DNA from: Clostridia bacterium
Lineage (GTDB): Bacteria; Bacillota; Clostridia; TANB77; CAG-508
Direction: 5' to 3'
Assembly (NCBI GenBank): GCA_051891435.1
Contig: JBJFFE010000030.1
Location: 1-53,336 of the forward strand
DNA length: 53,336 nucleotides
The notes beneath the pieces were generated by a model. It saw only the letters and a program-made list of their open reading frames with translations, was not told the origin of the DNA and made no database searches. A program made the translations under genes and the position numbers. The first letter of the stretch is position 1, and every line of letters begins with the position of its first letter. This document shows, one piece after another, positions 1-10,370 of the stretch.

Positions 1-20
1 AATTTCATAGCAATAAAGTA

Positions 21-166
21 GCCAAACGCAGGGGTTTTATATATTTTAAAAGCGAATTGTTCCGTGGGGACCGCCGTGGGCTGTTAAAGGCGTTAGCCTT
101 GTTACAGCGCCGGTGGGAAGCAACGAGCAATTTAAAATATAAAAACCCCGACGAGATTTGGCGGTC
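21..166. repeat. GC-rich ~146-bp palindromic intergenic repeat, family A, copy 1
   Basis: A near-identical copy in inverted orientation lies at 33342..33487. A shorter variant with the same termini lies at 15936..16039. The termini (GCCAAACGCAGGGG ... CCCCGACGAGATTTGGCGG) are imperfectly complementary. GC content is far above the surrounding DNA. Confidence 0.8.
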
Positions 167-223
167 GTCTTTTGATATTTTCAATAAAGCAATTACTCAT
201 ACAAATTACAATTTAATATTTTT

Positions 224-2827
224 TCAATCCCCGTAATAAGCACGCAAATACATATCTTTTATCTCACACATCAATGGGTATCTTGGATTTGCTCCTGTAC
301 ATTGGTCATCAAATGCTTGCTCTGTCATCTCATCTAAAGTATCTAAAAAGTCCTTTTCACCTATTCCATATTCTTTTATTGTTTTCTTTATTCCTATTTT
401 TTCTTTTAACTCATCTATAGCTTTTATTAAGTTTTCTAACTTTTCCTCGTTTGTATTTCCACCTAAATTTAAATAATCTGCAACTTCTGCATATTTTTCT
501 ATTGTGTGTGGGTGGTCATATTGTGGGAATGTTCCCATTTTAGTTGGAACTTCACTACTATTAAATCTTAATACTTCATCTATCATAAGTGCGTTTGCTA
601 CGCCATGTGGTAAATGATGGAATGCTCCTAATTTATGTGCCATGGAATGACAAACTCCCAAGAATGCATTTGCGAATGCCATTCCTGCCATTGTTGCAGC
701 ATTTGCCATTTTTTCTCTTGCTTCTACATCATTTGGTCCATCATCATATGCTCTTGGTAGATATTCAAATATCATTTTTAAAGAACGTAATGCCAAACTA
801 TCTGTGTAATCTGTTGCCATCATTGATGCTAATGCTTCTAAGTCATGAGTCACTGCATCTATTCCTGATGCTGATGTTAGTCCTTTTGGTGCATTCATCA
901 TCATATCACAGTCAACAATTGCCATATTTGGCATTAATTCATAATCTGCTAAAGGATATTTTACTCCTGTTTTCTCATCTGTTATAACTGCAAATGGTGT
1001 TACTTCTGAGCCTGTTCCTGCTGATGTTGGTACTGCTATAAAGTAAGCTTTTTCTCCCATTTTTGGGAATGTATACACTCTTTTTCTTATATCTTGAAAT
1101 CTCATTGCCATATCTAAGAAGTCTACTTCTGGATGTTCATACATTACCCACATAATTTTTGCTGCATCCATTGCACTTCCTCCACCAACTGCTATTATAC
1201 AATCTGGTTCAAACGCTGTCATTTCTTTTGTTCCTTCCTTTGCACTTGCAAGTGTTGGATCTGGTGCTACATTGAAAAATGTACTATGCTCTATTCCCAT
1301 TTCATCTAATTTATTTGTTATAACTTTTGTATATCCATTTTTATATAGGAAAGTATCTGTTACTATAAATACTCTTTTCTTTCCCATTACATTTTTTAAT
1401 TCATCTAATGCTACAGGTAAACAACCTTTTTTAATATATACCTTTTCAGGTGCTCTAAACCAAAGCATATTTTCTCTCCTTTCAGCTACTGTTTTTATAT
1501 TTAATAAATGTTTTACTCCTACGTTTTCTGATACTGAGTTTCCACCCCAAGAGCCACAACCTAAAGTTAGTGATGGTGCTAGTTTAAAATTATATAAATC
1601 TCCTATTCCTCCTTGTGAAGATGGTGTATTTATTAAAATTCTACAAGTTTTCATTTTTCTTGAGAATTCTTCTATCTTGTCTTGCTGTGTTATTGTGTTT
1701 ATATATAAAGATGATGTGTGCCCATATCCTCCATCTGCTATTAGATGTTCTGCTTTTGAAATAGCATCTGTGAAATTTTCTGCTCTATACATAGCTAGAA
1801 CTGGTGATAGTTTTTCATGTGCAAATTCTTCTGAAAGTTCTACACTTGTTACTTCTCCTATTAATATTTTTGTGTTTTCCGGCACTTCTATTCCTGCTAA
1901 GCTAGCTATTGTATGGGCTTTTTGTCCAACTATTTTAGCATTTAATGCTCCATTTATAATTATGGTTTTTCTTACCTTTTCAATTTCTTTTTCATTTAAG
2001 AAGTAGCATCCTCTTTTTTCAAATTCATTTTTTACTTGGTCGTATACAGAACTTACAGCAATTACAGACTGTTCAGATGCACATATCATTCCATTGTCAA
2101 ATGTTTTTGAATGTATTATTGAGTTAACAGCTAGAACTACATCTGCAGATTCATCTATAATTGCAGGTGTATTCCCTGGGCCAACTCCTATTGCTGGTTT
2201 ACCACTTGAATATGCAGCTTTTACCATTCCTGGTCCACCTGTTGCAAGAGTTATGTCACACTCTTTCATTACCATATTGGTTAAATCTAGTGATGGAACA
2301 TCTATCCAATCTATTATTCCTTCTGGTGCCCCAGCTTCTACTGCTGCTTCTAAAACTATTCTTGCAGCTTCTATGGTTGATTTTTTTGCTCTTGGATGTG
2401 GACTTATTATTATTCCATTTCTTGTTTTTAATGCTAATAATGTTTTAAAAATTGCTGTTGATGTTGGATTTGTTGTTGGAATAACTGCTGCAATAACACC
2501 TATTGGTTCTGCTATCTTTTTTATTCCAAATTCTTTATCTTCTTCTATTACTCCACATGTTTTTGTATTTCTATAGGCATTATAAATGTATTCTGCTGCA
2601 TAATGATTTTTAATTACTTTGTCTTCTACAACACCCATTCCAGTTTCTTCTACTGCCATTTTTGCAAGTGGTATTCTCATTTTATTTGCAGCTGTAGCTG
2701 CATAAAAAAATATTTTATCCACTTTTTCTTGGCTAAATGTTGCAAATTCTTTTTGTGCTTTCTTAACATTTTCTAATGCTTTGCTTAAACTTTCTATGCT
2801 ATCTATTACTTCTCTGTCTTTGCTCAT
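224..2827 (-). CDS. adhE: bifunctional acetaldehyde-CoA/alcohol dehydrogenase
   Basis: 867-aa ORF with an N-terminal aldehyde dehydrogenase domain fused to a C-terminal iron-containing alcohol dehydrogenase domain (GGGSAMDAAK, histidine-rich metal site). SD GGGAGGAAG lies upstream of the ATG. Confidence 0.96.
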   Translation of the reverse strand: MSKDREVIDSIESLSKALENVKKAQKEFATFSQEKVDKIFFYAATAANKMRIPLAKMAVEETGMGVVEDKVIKNHYAAEYIYNAYRNTKTCGVIEEDKEFGIKKIAEPIGVIAAVIPTTNPTSTAIFKTLLALKTRNGIIISPHPRAKKSTIEAARIVLEAAVEAGAPEGIIDWIDVPSLDLTNMVMKECDITLATGGPGMVKAAYSSGKPAIGVGPGNTPAIIDESADVVLAVNSIIHSKTFDNGMICASEQSVIAVSSVYDQVKNEFEKRGCYFLNEKEIEKVRKTIIINGALNAKIVGQKAHTIASLAGIEVPENTKILIGEVTSVELSEEFAHEKLSPVLAMYRAENFTDAISKAEHLIADGGYGHTSSLYINTITQQDKIEEFSRKMKTCRILINTPSSQGGIGDLYNFKLAPSLTLGCGSWGGNSVSENVGVKHLLNIKTVAERRENMLWFRAPEKVYIKKGCLPVALDELKNVMGKKRVFIVTDTFLYKNGYTKVITNKLDEMGIEHSTFFNVAPDPTLASAKEGTKEMTAFEPDCIIAVGGGSAMDAAKIMWVMYEHPEVDFLDMAMRFQDIRKRVYTFPKMGEKAYFIAVPTSAGTGSEVTPFAVITDEKTGVKYPLADYELMPNMAIVDCDMMMNAPKGLTSASGIDAVTHDLEALASMMATDYTDSLALRSLKMIFEYLPRAYDDGPNDVEAREKMANAATMAGMAFANAFLGVCHSMAHKLGAFHHLPHGVANALMIDEVLRFNSSEVPTKMGTFPQYDHPHTIEKYAEVADYLNLGGNTNEEKLENLIKAIDELKEKIGIKKTIKEYGIGEKDFLDTLDEMTEQAFDDQCTGANPRYPLMCEIKDMYLRAYYGD

Positions 2828-2969
2828 TTTTCTTCCTCCCTTTCTTTATTTTTATAACATATCTTGTTTATTTTTTCAATTATTTTTTATTATTTAAAAT
2901 TAAATAATTTTTATACCATTATAAAATATTATTGTTTAACATCTTGTTAATTTTCAGTAAATGCTTTTA

Positions 2970-3089
2970 GTCAGCCTACCTTTTGTATGATTTTCTAAAA
3001 AATTAAATTCTCCAAGGCGTACGCGGGTCTTCCCCCGTCTCAAAGGACTGTCAAATTTAATTTTTTATAAAATATACAAAACGGCTGAC
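2970..3089 (+). repeat. 120-bp hairpin-forming intergenic repeat, family B, copy 1
   Basis: Starts GTCAGCCTACCTTTTGTATGATTTTCTAAAAAATTAAATT and ends AATTTAATTTTTTATAAAATATACAAAACGGCTGAC (long imperfect terminal inverted repeats) around a GC-rich core. Near-identical copies in the same orientation lie at 31172..31291 and 46117..46236. Confidence 0.85.
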
Positions 3090-3209
3090 ATTGACATTAT
3101 AGTAATCAGCAATATTTGAACTGAACTATATTATTTTTTGTCATTTTTTATTGCAATTATTCGAAATTTGGTTTAAAATATACTCAATGTGTATTATGGA
3201 GGTACATTT

Positions 3210-3824
3210 ATGGAACTTAACCCAATTATTATAGGTATTGCAGGTGGTACTGGTTCTGGTAAGAGCACACTTGCAGAAAATATTGAAAAAGAATTTAAAC
3301 ATAACATTACAATGCTTTCTCATGATTATTATTACAAAAGTAATAGTGAATTACCTTTGGAAGAAAGGAAAAAATTAAATTATGATCACCCAGATGCTTT
3401 TGAAACAGATTTACTTATAGAGCATTTAACTAAATTAAAAAAAGGTGAAACAATTAGAAGACCTAGTTACTCTTTTGTAGAGCATTTAAGAGAAAAAGAA
3501 ACATACGAAGTTGTTCCTAAAAAGGTAATTATTGTAGAAGGAATTTTACTTTTCGAAAATAAAACTTTAAGAGATATGATGGATATTAAAATATTCGTAG
3601 ATGCAGATGCAGATATTCGCTTTATTAGAAGACTTTTAAGAGATGTTCAGGAGAGAGGTCGTACTTTAGATTCTGTTGTTGAGCAATATTGTACAACCGT
3701 TAAACCAATGCACGAACAATTTGTAGAGCCAAGTAAAAAATATGCTGACATAATTGTTCCAGAAGGTGGATATAACCAAGTTGCTTTAAATATGATTGTG
3801 GAGAAAATTAGGAGTATCATATAA
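3210..3824 (+). CDS. udk: uridine kinase
   Basis: P-loop GIAGGTGSGKST and a uridine/cytidine kinase-like sequence throughout. I placed the start at the ATG at 3210, which is preceded by GGAGG 8 nt upstream, rather than at the ORF-track start at 3189. Confidence 0.92.
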   Translation: MELNPIIIGIAGGTGSGKSTLAENIEKEFKHNITMLSHDYYYKSNSELPLEERKKLNYDHPDAFETDLLIEHLTKLKKGETIRRPSYSFVEHLREKETYEVVPKKVIIVEGILLFENKTLRDMMDIKIFVDADADIRFIRRLLRDVQERGRTLDSVVEQYCTTVKPMHEQFVEPSKKYADIIVPEGGYNQVALNMIVEKIRSII

Positions 3825-3835
3825 CTAACTATATC

Positions 3836-3865
3836 GGATTAAACTAAAAAGTTTAATCCTTTTTA
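3836..3865 (+). terminator. rho-independent terminator of udk
   Basis: Hairpin GGATTAAAC-TAAAAA-GTTTAATCC followed by a T-run, 12 nt after the udk stop codon. Confidence 0.75.
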
Positions 3866-4007
3866 TTACAAATCATGTTGACCTATGATATAATATTGCT
3901 ACTTTCTCGGAAGAGAAGGAATCCTTTTAGGAGGTGTGCATAATGGGAGACTAATTCCTAGTTAACTTTATGCAAGAGACCTAAGTCTATTTGACTTAGG
4001 TCTCGTC

Positions 4008-5873
4008 TTATTCTAGTTCAAATACTCCTGTGTATAGTTCATAATATCTTCCTTTTTGTGCTATTAATTCTTCATGGTCTCCTCTTTCTATTATTCTTCC
4101 ATTTTCTAGTACCATTATTGCTTTTGCATTTTGTATTGTAGATAATCTATGTGCTATTACAAATACTGTTCTTCCTTCCATTAGTTTATCCATTCCATCT
4201 TGTACTAGTTTTTCTGTACGTGTATCTATGCTAGATGTTGCTTCATCTAATATCATAACTGGTGGGTCAGCTATTGCTGCTCTTGCTATCGCTAGTAATT
4301 GCCTTTGTCCTTGAGATAAATTTGCTCCATTTGCTGTAAGTTCTGTATCATATCCGTTTGGAAGTCTCATTATAAAGTCATGTGCATTTGCAAGTTTTGC
4401 TGCGTTGATGACTTCTTCATCTGTAGCATCTAATTTTCCATATTTTATATTATCTTTTATTGTTCCTGTGAAAAGATTAGTATCTTGAAGAACTATTCCT
4501 AGTGAACGCCTTAAAGCATCCTTTTTTATTTTGTTAATATTTATTCCGTCATATCTTATTTTTCCGTCTTCTATATCATAAAATCTGTTAATTAAGTTTG
4601 TAATTGTTGTTTTTCCAGCCCCTGTTGCTCCCACAAATGCTATTTTTTGCCCTGGTTTTGCATAAAGCGAAACATCATGTAAAACTATTTTGTCTGGTTC
4701 ATAACCAAAATCAACATCGAAGAATTCCACATGTCCTTTTAATTCTTCATATGTTAATGTTCCGTCTTTATGTGGATGTTTCCATGCCCAAATCCCTGTG
4801 TGTTCTGGGACTTCTGTTAATACTCCATCTATATATTTTGCATTTACCAATGTTACATATCCTTCATCATGTTCTGGTTCTTCATCTATTAGCTTAAATA
4901 TTCTCTCTGCACCCGCAAGCGCCATTATAATTGAGTTTAATTGTTGAGCTACTTGTGATATTGGCATTGTAAAACTTCTACTTAGTTGTAAGAACGAAGC
5001 AATTATTCCAACTGTTACTCCTCCAATTCCTTTTAATGCTAATGCTCCACCTATCATAGCAACTAAAACATATTGCAAATGTCCTAGGTTTCCCATAATA
5101 GGCATTAAAATATTTGCAAATATATTTGCTTTAGTTGATGCCTCACATAATTCATCATTTATCTTATCAAATTCTTTTTCTGCTTCCTTCTCATGGCAAA
5201 ATACTTTTACTACCTTTTGTCCATTTATCATTTCTTCTATATAGCCATTTTCTTTAGCAATTGATGATTGTTGTTTTATAAAAAAACCCGATGCATTTCC
5301 TCCTACTTTTGATACTACAAACAGCATTAATATTACAACTGCTATTACTAAAACAGTCATATAAATATTTAAGTATACCATTGCACAAAACACTGCTATA
5401 ATTGTAATTGCTGAAGATATTACATTTGGAAGGCTTTGAGCTATCATTTGTTCCAAAGTATCTGTATCATTTGTATAATAACTCATAATTTCACCATGTG
5501 TATGTGTATCAAAATATTTTACTGGTAAATGCTGCATTTTAGCAAACATTTCATTTCTTATCTTTTTTAGTACACCTTGAGATATATTAATCATTTTTCT
5601 ATTATATATAAAGTTTGCGAGAATACCTACTAAATATATTATTCCCATTATGAATATTACTTTTAAGAGTCCGGTAAATACTGGGTTTTCTGTTCCGAGT
5701 AATGGGGTAATATAATTATCTATTAAAATTTTTATAAATAGTGAACCCGCAACTCCCGCAATTGAGCTTATTATAATACAAATCACTACCAATATAAGTG
5801 TTTTCTTGTAATCTGCAGTTATATATTTTAATAATCTTTTCAATGTATCCTTATTTATTTTTGGTTTATCCAT
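4008..5873 (-). CDS. ABC transporter permease/ATP-binding protein (exporter half-transporter)
   Basis: 621 aa. N-terminal six-TM exporter domain, Walker A GATGAGKTT, ABC signature LSQGQRQ and Walker B ILDEATS. Its start overlaps the upstream partner's stop by 1 nt (translationally coupled). Confidence 0.92.
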   Translation of the reverse strand: MDKPKINKDTLKRLLKYITADYKKTLILVVICIIISSIAGVAGSLFIKILIDNYITPLLGTENPVFTGLLKVIFIMGIIYLVGILANFIYNRKMINISQGVLKKIRNEMFAKMQHLPVKYFDTHTHGEIMSYYTNDTDTLEQMIAQSLPNVISSAITIIAVFCAMVYLNIYMTVLVIAVVILMLFVVSKVGGNASGFFIKQQSSIAKENGYIEEMINGQKVVKVFCHEKEAEKEFDKINDELCEASTKANIFANILMPIMGNLGHLQYVLVAMIGGALALKGIGGVTVGIIASFLQLSRSFTMPISQVAQQLNSIIMALAGAERIFKLIDEEPEHDEGYVTLVNAKYIDGVLTEVPEHTGIWAWKHPHKDGTLTYEELKGHVEFFDVDFGYEPDKIVLHDVSLYAKPGQKIAFVGATGAGKTTITNLINRFYDIEDGKIRYDGININKIKKDALRRSLGIVLQDTNLFTGTIKDNIKYGKLDATDEEVINAAKLANAHDFIMRLPNGYDTELTANGANLSQGQRQLLAIARAAIADPPVMILDEATSSIDTRTEKLVQDGMDKLMEGRTVFVIAHRLSTIQNAKAIMVLENGRIIERGDHEELIAQKGRYYELYTGVFELE

Positions 5874-7603
5874 TACTCATCATCTCCTTTTCTTTGAGAT
5901 GTGTATACTTCTTTGTATATTTCATTTATATTCATTAACTCTTCATGTGTTCCTATTCCATTTATTTCACCATTATCCAAAACAATTATTTTATCTGCAT
6001 CTTTTACAGAATCTATTCTCTGAGCAATAATTATTTTTGTTGTATCTGGAATTTCTTCTTTAAAGGCTTTTCTAATTAATTTATCTGTTTTTGTGTCTAC
6101 TGCACTTGTTGAGTCATCTAAAATTAATATTTTTGGTTTTTTAAGTAATGCTCTTGCAATACATAAACGCTGTTTTTGTCCTCCAGATACATTAGTTCCT
6201 CCTTGCTCTATATATGTATCATATTTTTTAGGGAACTCATTTATAAATCCATCTGCCTGAGCAAGTTTACATACTCTTACCATATCCTCATCTGTTGCTT
6301 CCTTGTTTCCCCAACGTAAGTTTTCTTTTATAGTTCCAGAAAATAGTACATTTTTTTGAAGAACTATTGCTACTTCGTTTCTTAAGGTTTCTATATCGTA
6401 ATCTTTCACATCTACTCCACCAACTTTAACTGTTCCTGTTGTTGTATCATATAATCTTGGTATTAGTTGAATAAGTGTAGTTTTAGAACTTCCTGTTCCA
6501 CCAATAATTCCAACTGTTTCTCCTGCATTAATTTTAAGATTAATATTTTTTAAACATGTTTTATCTTTATCTCCTACATAACTAAAGTTTACATTTTCAA
6601 ATTCTATACTTCCTTCTTTTACTTCTTTTATTGGATTTTCTTTATTTTTAAGTGCTGGTTCTTCTTTTAGTATTTCTACAATTCTTTCTGCTGATGCTAT
6701 AGAAATTGTAAGCATAACTAACACAACAGAAATCATCATTAAACTCATAAGAATTTGCATAGCATATGTAATTAAACTCATTAACTCTCCAGTAGTTAAT
6801 GTTCCAGAACCTACTATTAATTTTGCGCCAACCCATGAAATTAAAAGTAATCCTGCATATGATACTAATTGCATTAGTGGAGAGTTATACGCAATTAGCT
6901 TTTCTGCTTTAGAGAAATTATCATATATACTCTGAGACACCTTGCCAAATTTTTCTTTTTCTTCTTCCTCTAAAACATAAGATTTTACTACTCTAATTCC
7001 CCTTACATTTTCTTGTACTACATTATTTAATTTATCATATGTTTTAAATACTTTTTCAAATATTGGATATGCACGTGTTGCTATAAAATATAGTCCTATA
7101 GCAAGTACTGGTGCTAATGCTAAAAAAATTAAAGATAATTTAGTATTTATTATAAATGACATTATAAATGCGAAAATTAGTGTTAATGGTGCTCTAAATG
7201 TAATTCTTGTAAGCATTTGATAGCTTTGCTGAACATGTGTTACATCTGTTGTCATTCTTGTTATAATACTTGCTGTTGAAAATTTATCTATATTTTCAAA
7301 TGAATAATCTTGTACTTTGTAATACATATCATGTCTTAAATTTTTAGCAAATCCTGTTGAAGCTGTTGCTGCAAATTTTCCAGCAAGTACTCCAAATATT
7401 AATGAAAACACAACTAATAAAAGTAATAGTAGTCCTAATTTATATATCATAGACATATTATTACCATAAATTCCATAGTCCACCAAATTTGCCATTACAA
7501 AAGGAATTAGAATTTCCATTATTACTTCTAGTGCAACAAATATTGGTGTAAGAATTGTTTGCTTTTTATATTCTCTAATTGATTTTGCAAGTGTTTTAAT
7601 CAT
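5873..7603 (-). CDS. ABC transporter permease/ATP-binding protein (exporter half-transporter)
   Basis: 576 aa. TM domain plus Walker A GGTGSSKTT, signature VSGGQKQR and Walker B ILDDSTS. Paired with 4008..5873 as a heterodimeric multidrug-type exporter. Confidence 0.92.
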   Translation of the reverse strand: MIKTLAKSIREYKKQTILTPIFVALEVIMEILIPFVMANLVDYGIYGNNMSMIYKLGLLLLLLVVFSLIFGVLAGKFAATASTGFAKNLRHDMYYKVQDYSFENIDKFSTASIITRMTTDVTHVQQSYQMLTRITFRAPLTLIFAFIMSFIINTKLSLIFLALAPVLAIGLYFIATRAYPIFEKVFKTYDKLNNVVQENVRGIRVVKSYVLEEEEKEKFGKVSQSIYDNFSKAEKLIAYNSPLMQLVSYAGLLLISWVGAKLIVGSGTLTTGELMSLITYAMQILMSLMMISVVLVMLTISIASAERIVEILKEEPALKNKENPIKEVKEGSIEFENVNFSYVGDKDKTCLKNINLKINAGETVGIIGGTGSSKTTLIQLIPRLYDTTTGTVKVGGVDVKDYDIETLRNEVAIVLQKNVLFSGTIKENLRWGNKEATDEDMVRVCKLAQADGFINEFPKKYDTYIEQGGTNVSGGQKQRLCIARALLKKPKILILDDSTSAVDTKTDKLIRKAFKEEIPDTTKIIIAQRIDSVKDADKIIVLDNGEINGIGTHEELMNINEIYKEVYTSQRKGDDE

Positions 7604-7716
7604 ATTTTGTAAAATCTCCTTTCATTATCATAAAACGTTAAAAATGGTTATATTAAACTATAACCACTTGTTTCGTTAGAATATTGCTTTCATGGAGCTA
7701 TATATGTAACGTCATT

Positions 7717-8808
7717 CTACACATTAAATTTAAATAATACAATATCCCCATCTTGCATTATATATTCTTTTCCCTCTTGACGAACTAAGCCTTTTTCTCT
7801 AGCATTTACCATTGAACCTTCTCGCATTAAGTCATCATATGATACTATTTCTGCTTTTATAAAACCTCTTTGTATATCTGAATGGATTTTTCCTGCCGCT
7901 TCTGGTGCTTTTGTTCCTTTTTTTATTGTCCATGCTCTTACCTCTGGTTCACCTGCTGTTAAAAATGACATTAATCCTAATAAATCATAACTTTCCTTTA
8001 TTACTCTATCTAATCCAGATTCTTTTAAGCCTAAGGCTTCTAACATTTCTTTTTTATCTAGATCATCTAGTGTTGATAATTCTTCTTCTATTTTTGCACA
8101 AAGTGGTATACATTTTGTATTTTCTTGTTTTGCAAGTTCTGCAACTTTTTTTACATTTTCATCATTATTTACATTTGCTAATTGTTCCTCTGATATATTT
8201 GCAATATATATAATTGGCTTATTTGTTAGTAAAAATAAATCTTTTAAAAATTCTTTTTCTTCATCTGATATTTCTACTGTTCTTGCAGATTTTCCTTCTT
8301 CTAAAGCTTGTTTTAATCTTGTTAATGCATTTATTTCTATTTGGTATTTTTTATCTGCTTTTAACATTTTATTTGCTTTATCTAGTCTTTTTTCTACTGT
8401 TTCTAAATCTGCAAAGATTAGTTCTAAATTAATTGTTTCCACATCTCGTAGTGGATTTATATTTCCATCAACATGAACAATATTTGAATCTTCAAAACAT
8501 CTTACTACTTCAGCAATTGCATCTACTTCTCTTATATGTGATAAGAACTTATTTCCTAATCCTTCACCTTTGCTTGCACCTTTTACTAATCCTGCAATAT
8601 CCACAAATTCTATAACTGCATGTGTTGTTTTTTGTGGATTATACATTTTTGTAAGCTCATCTAGTCTTTCGTCTGGTACTGGTACCATTCCTATATTTGG
8701 CTCTATTGTACAAAATGGATAGTTCGCGCATTCTGCTCCAGCTTTTGTAATTGCATTAAACATTGTACTTTTTCCTACATTTGGTAGTCCTACGATTCCG
8801 ATTTTCAT
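7717..8808 (-). CDS. ychF: redox-regulated ATPase YchF (Obg-like GTPase family)
   Basis: 363 aa. G1 motif GLPNVGKST, a coiled-coil insertion and a C-terminal TGS-like domain ending DGDIVLFKFNV. SD AAGGAGAA upstream. Confidence 0.95.
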   Translation of the reverse strand: MKIGIVGLPNVGKSTMFNAITKAGAECANYPFCTIEPNIGMVPVPDERLDELTKMYNPQKTTHAVIEFVDIAGLVKGASKGEGLGNKFLSHIREVDAIAEVVRCFEDSNIVHVDGNINPLRDVETINLELIFADLETVEKRLDKANKMLKADKKYQIEINALTRLKQALEEGKSARTVEISDEEKEFLKDLFLLTNKPIIYIANISEEQLANVNNDENVKKVAELAKQENTKCIPLCAKIEEELSTLDDLDKKEMLEALGLKESGLDRVIKESYDLLGLMSFLTAGEPEVRAWTIKKGTKAPEAAGKIHSDIQRGFIKAEIVSYDDLMREGSMVNAREKGLVRQEGKEYIMQDGDIVLFKFNV

Positions 8809-8829
8809 AATTTGTTCTCCTTTATTATT

Positions 8830-8923
8830 GAAGTGGGAAGTGAGATGTGTGATGTTTGCCTTTAGAGATAATCTTCGAAGATTTTCTCTATCAGCACACC
8901 TCCCACCTCACACTTCTCACTTC
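8830..8923. repeat. palindromic intergenic element (family E)
   Basis: GAAGTGGGAAGTGAGATGTGTG ... CACACCTCCCACCTCACACTTCTCACTTC form a long imperfect hairpin between hisS and ychF. Confidence 0.6.
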
Positions 8924-8954
8924 ATCATTTTAAATCTTATATTAAATATAAATA

Positions 8955-10262
8955 TTATTTTATAAATTCTATTATTTCTTCTATTGTTTTTTGTTCTTGA
9001 TCTCCTGTTTCCATATTTTTGAACGTTAATTTGCCAGATGCTATTTCATCTTCTCCTATTACAATTACATATGGAATTTTTAGTTTGTCTGCATATTTAA
9101 ATTTTGCTTTTATTTTTTTATTATCAAAATAAATTTCTGTGTTTATTCCTGCTTTTCTTAGGCTATTTGCAACTTCAATTGATGGTGTTAAATCTTCGAC
9201 CATTGATATTATTAATATATCTGATATTGAATTCTTATTTGTTTTTATTAGTCCCAAATCATCTAAAACAAAGAATAATCTTGTAAGTCCAATAGACATT
9301 CCTACTCCTGGAAGTTTTTTTTCTGTATAATATCCTGCTAAATCATTGTATCTTCCACCTGAGCACACACTTCCTATAGATTTATATTCATCTAGGAATG
9401 TTTCATAAACTGTTCCTGTATAATAATCTAATCCTCTTGCAATACTTAAATCTATCATAAAATAATCATCTGGAACACCAAATGCCCTAATATATTTTAC
9501 AACTTCTTTTAGTTCTTCTAAACCTTTTACAAAGTTTTGATTTTCCACATTTAATTTTGATAATGCTTCTAGCTTTTCATCTGTTGTTCCACTTATTTTT
9601 ATAAAGTCTAATATAAATTCAGCATTTTCTTTTGATAAATTTAGTTCTTCTAATTCTTCTTTTACTTTATCTTCTCCGATTTTTTCTATTTTGTCTATTG
9701 TTCTCATTATGTCTTGGCTTACTTCTTTTGCATTTATGTATTCGAATATGCCATTTAATATTTTTCTATTATTAATTCTTATTGTGAATTTTCCTAATCC
9801 TAATTCATTAAATACGTCATAAATAATACTTGGAATTTCTGCATCATTTATTATATTTAATTCTCCATCTCCAATAATATCGATATCACATTGATAAAAT
9901 TCTCTATATCTTCCCCTTTGTGCACGCTCTCCTCTATATACTTTTCCAATTTGATATCTCCTAAATGGGAAACTAAGTTGTCCTTGATATTCGGCTACAT
10001 ATTTTGCAAGTGGTACTGTTAGGTCAAATCTTAAAGTCAATTCACTATCCCCTTTTGTAAAAGAATAGACTTGTTTTTCCGTCTCACCACCAGCTTTTGC
10101 AAGTAATACTTTTGAAGCTTCTATTACTGGTGTATCTATTGGCAAAAATCCATATTTTTCATATGTTTTTTGTATTTTTTCTTTCATTTGGTTAAATAAT
10201 ATTTGCTTGTCTGGCATTAATTCCATAAATCCTGGTAATGTTCTTGGGTCTACTTTGTTCAT
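8955..10262 (-). CDS. hisS: histidine--tRNA ligase
   Basis: 435 aa class II aaRS. Contains motif 2 (FRRYQIGKVYRGERAQRGRYREFYQCD), motif 3 (GGRYNDL) and a C-terminal anticodon-binding domain. Confidence 0.9.
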   Translation of the reverse strand: MNKVDPRTLPGFMELMPDKQILFNQMKEKIQKTYEKYGFLPIDTPVIEASKVLLAKAGGETEKQVYSFTKGDSELTLRFDLTVPLAKYVAEYQGQLSFPFRRYQIGKVYRGERAQRGRYREFYQCDIDIIGDGELNIINDAEIPSIIYDVFNELGLGKFTIRINNRKILNGIFEYINAKEVSQDIMRTIDKIEKIGEDKVKEELEELNLSKENAEFILDFIKISGTTDEKLEALSKLNVENQNFVKGLEELKEVVKYIRAFGVPDDYFMIDLSIARGLDYYTGTVYETFLDEYKSIGSVCSGGRYNDLAGYYTEKKLPGVGMSIGLTRLFFVLDDLGLIKTNKNSISDILIISMVEDLTPSIEVANSLRKAGINTEIYFDNKKIKAKFKYADKLKIPYVIVIGEDEIASGKLTFKNMETGDQEQKTIEEIIEFIK

Positions 10263-10287
10263 ATATGTTTCCTTTCCTATAATATTG

Positions 10288-10358
10288 TAGGGTCAGCCTT
10301 TACCGACCTGAAAATCACATTTATATTTTATTCGGGCTGGTCAAGACCAGCCCCTACA
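10288..10358. repeat. GTAGGGG...CCCCTAC double-hairpin GC-rich repeat, family C, copy 1
   Basis: GTAGGGTCAGCC...GGGCTGGTCAAGACCAGCCCCTAC. Same architecture as 29336..29386, 35922..35990 and 39431..39499, with a single arm at 46994..47018. Confidence 0.8.
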
Positions 10359-10370
10359 TTATTAAATTTA

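Noticed and set aside
589-2576. Plus-strand ORFs (589..987, 1272..2006, 2094..2576, 2161..2448) inside adhE
   Set aside because: They are antisense to a full-length, motif-rich adhE. Their translations are low-complexity and Leu/Phe/Ser-rich, as expected from the complement of AT-rich coding DNA. They have no SD sequences.
3866-3975. A promoter-like TTGACC/TATAAT pair and a mini-ORF (ATG GGA GAC TAA) after an AGGAGG, between udk and the ABC operon
   Set aside because: The -35/-10 spacing is only about 5 nt and the ORF has 3 codons. There is no downstream gene on that strand. This is insufficient evidence for a leader peptide or sRNA.
8955-10262. HisZ (ATP phosphoribosyltransferase regulatory subunit) instead of HisS
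   Set aside because: The protein retains motif 3 and a complete C-terminal anticodon-binding domain, and no his biosynthesis genes are adjacent.
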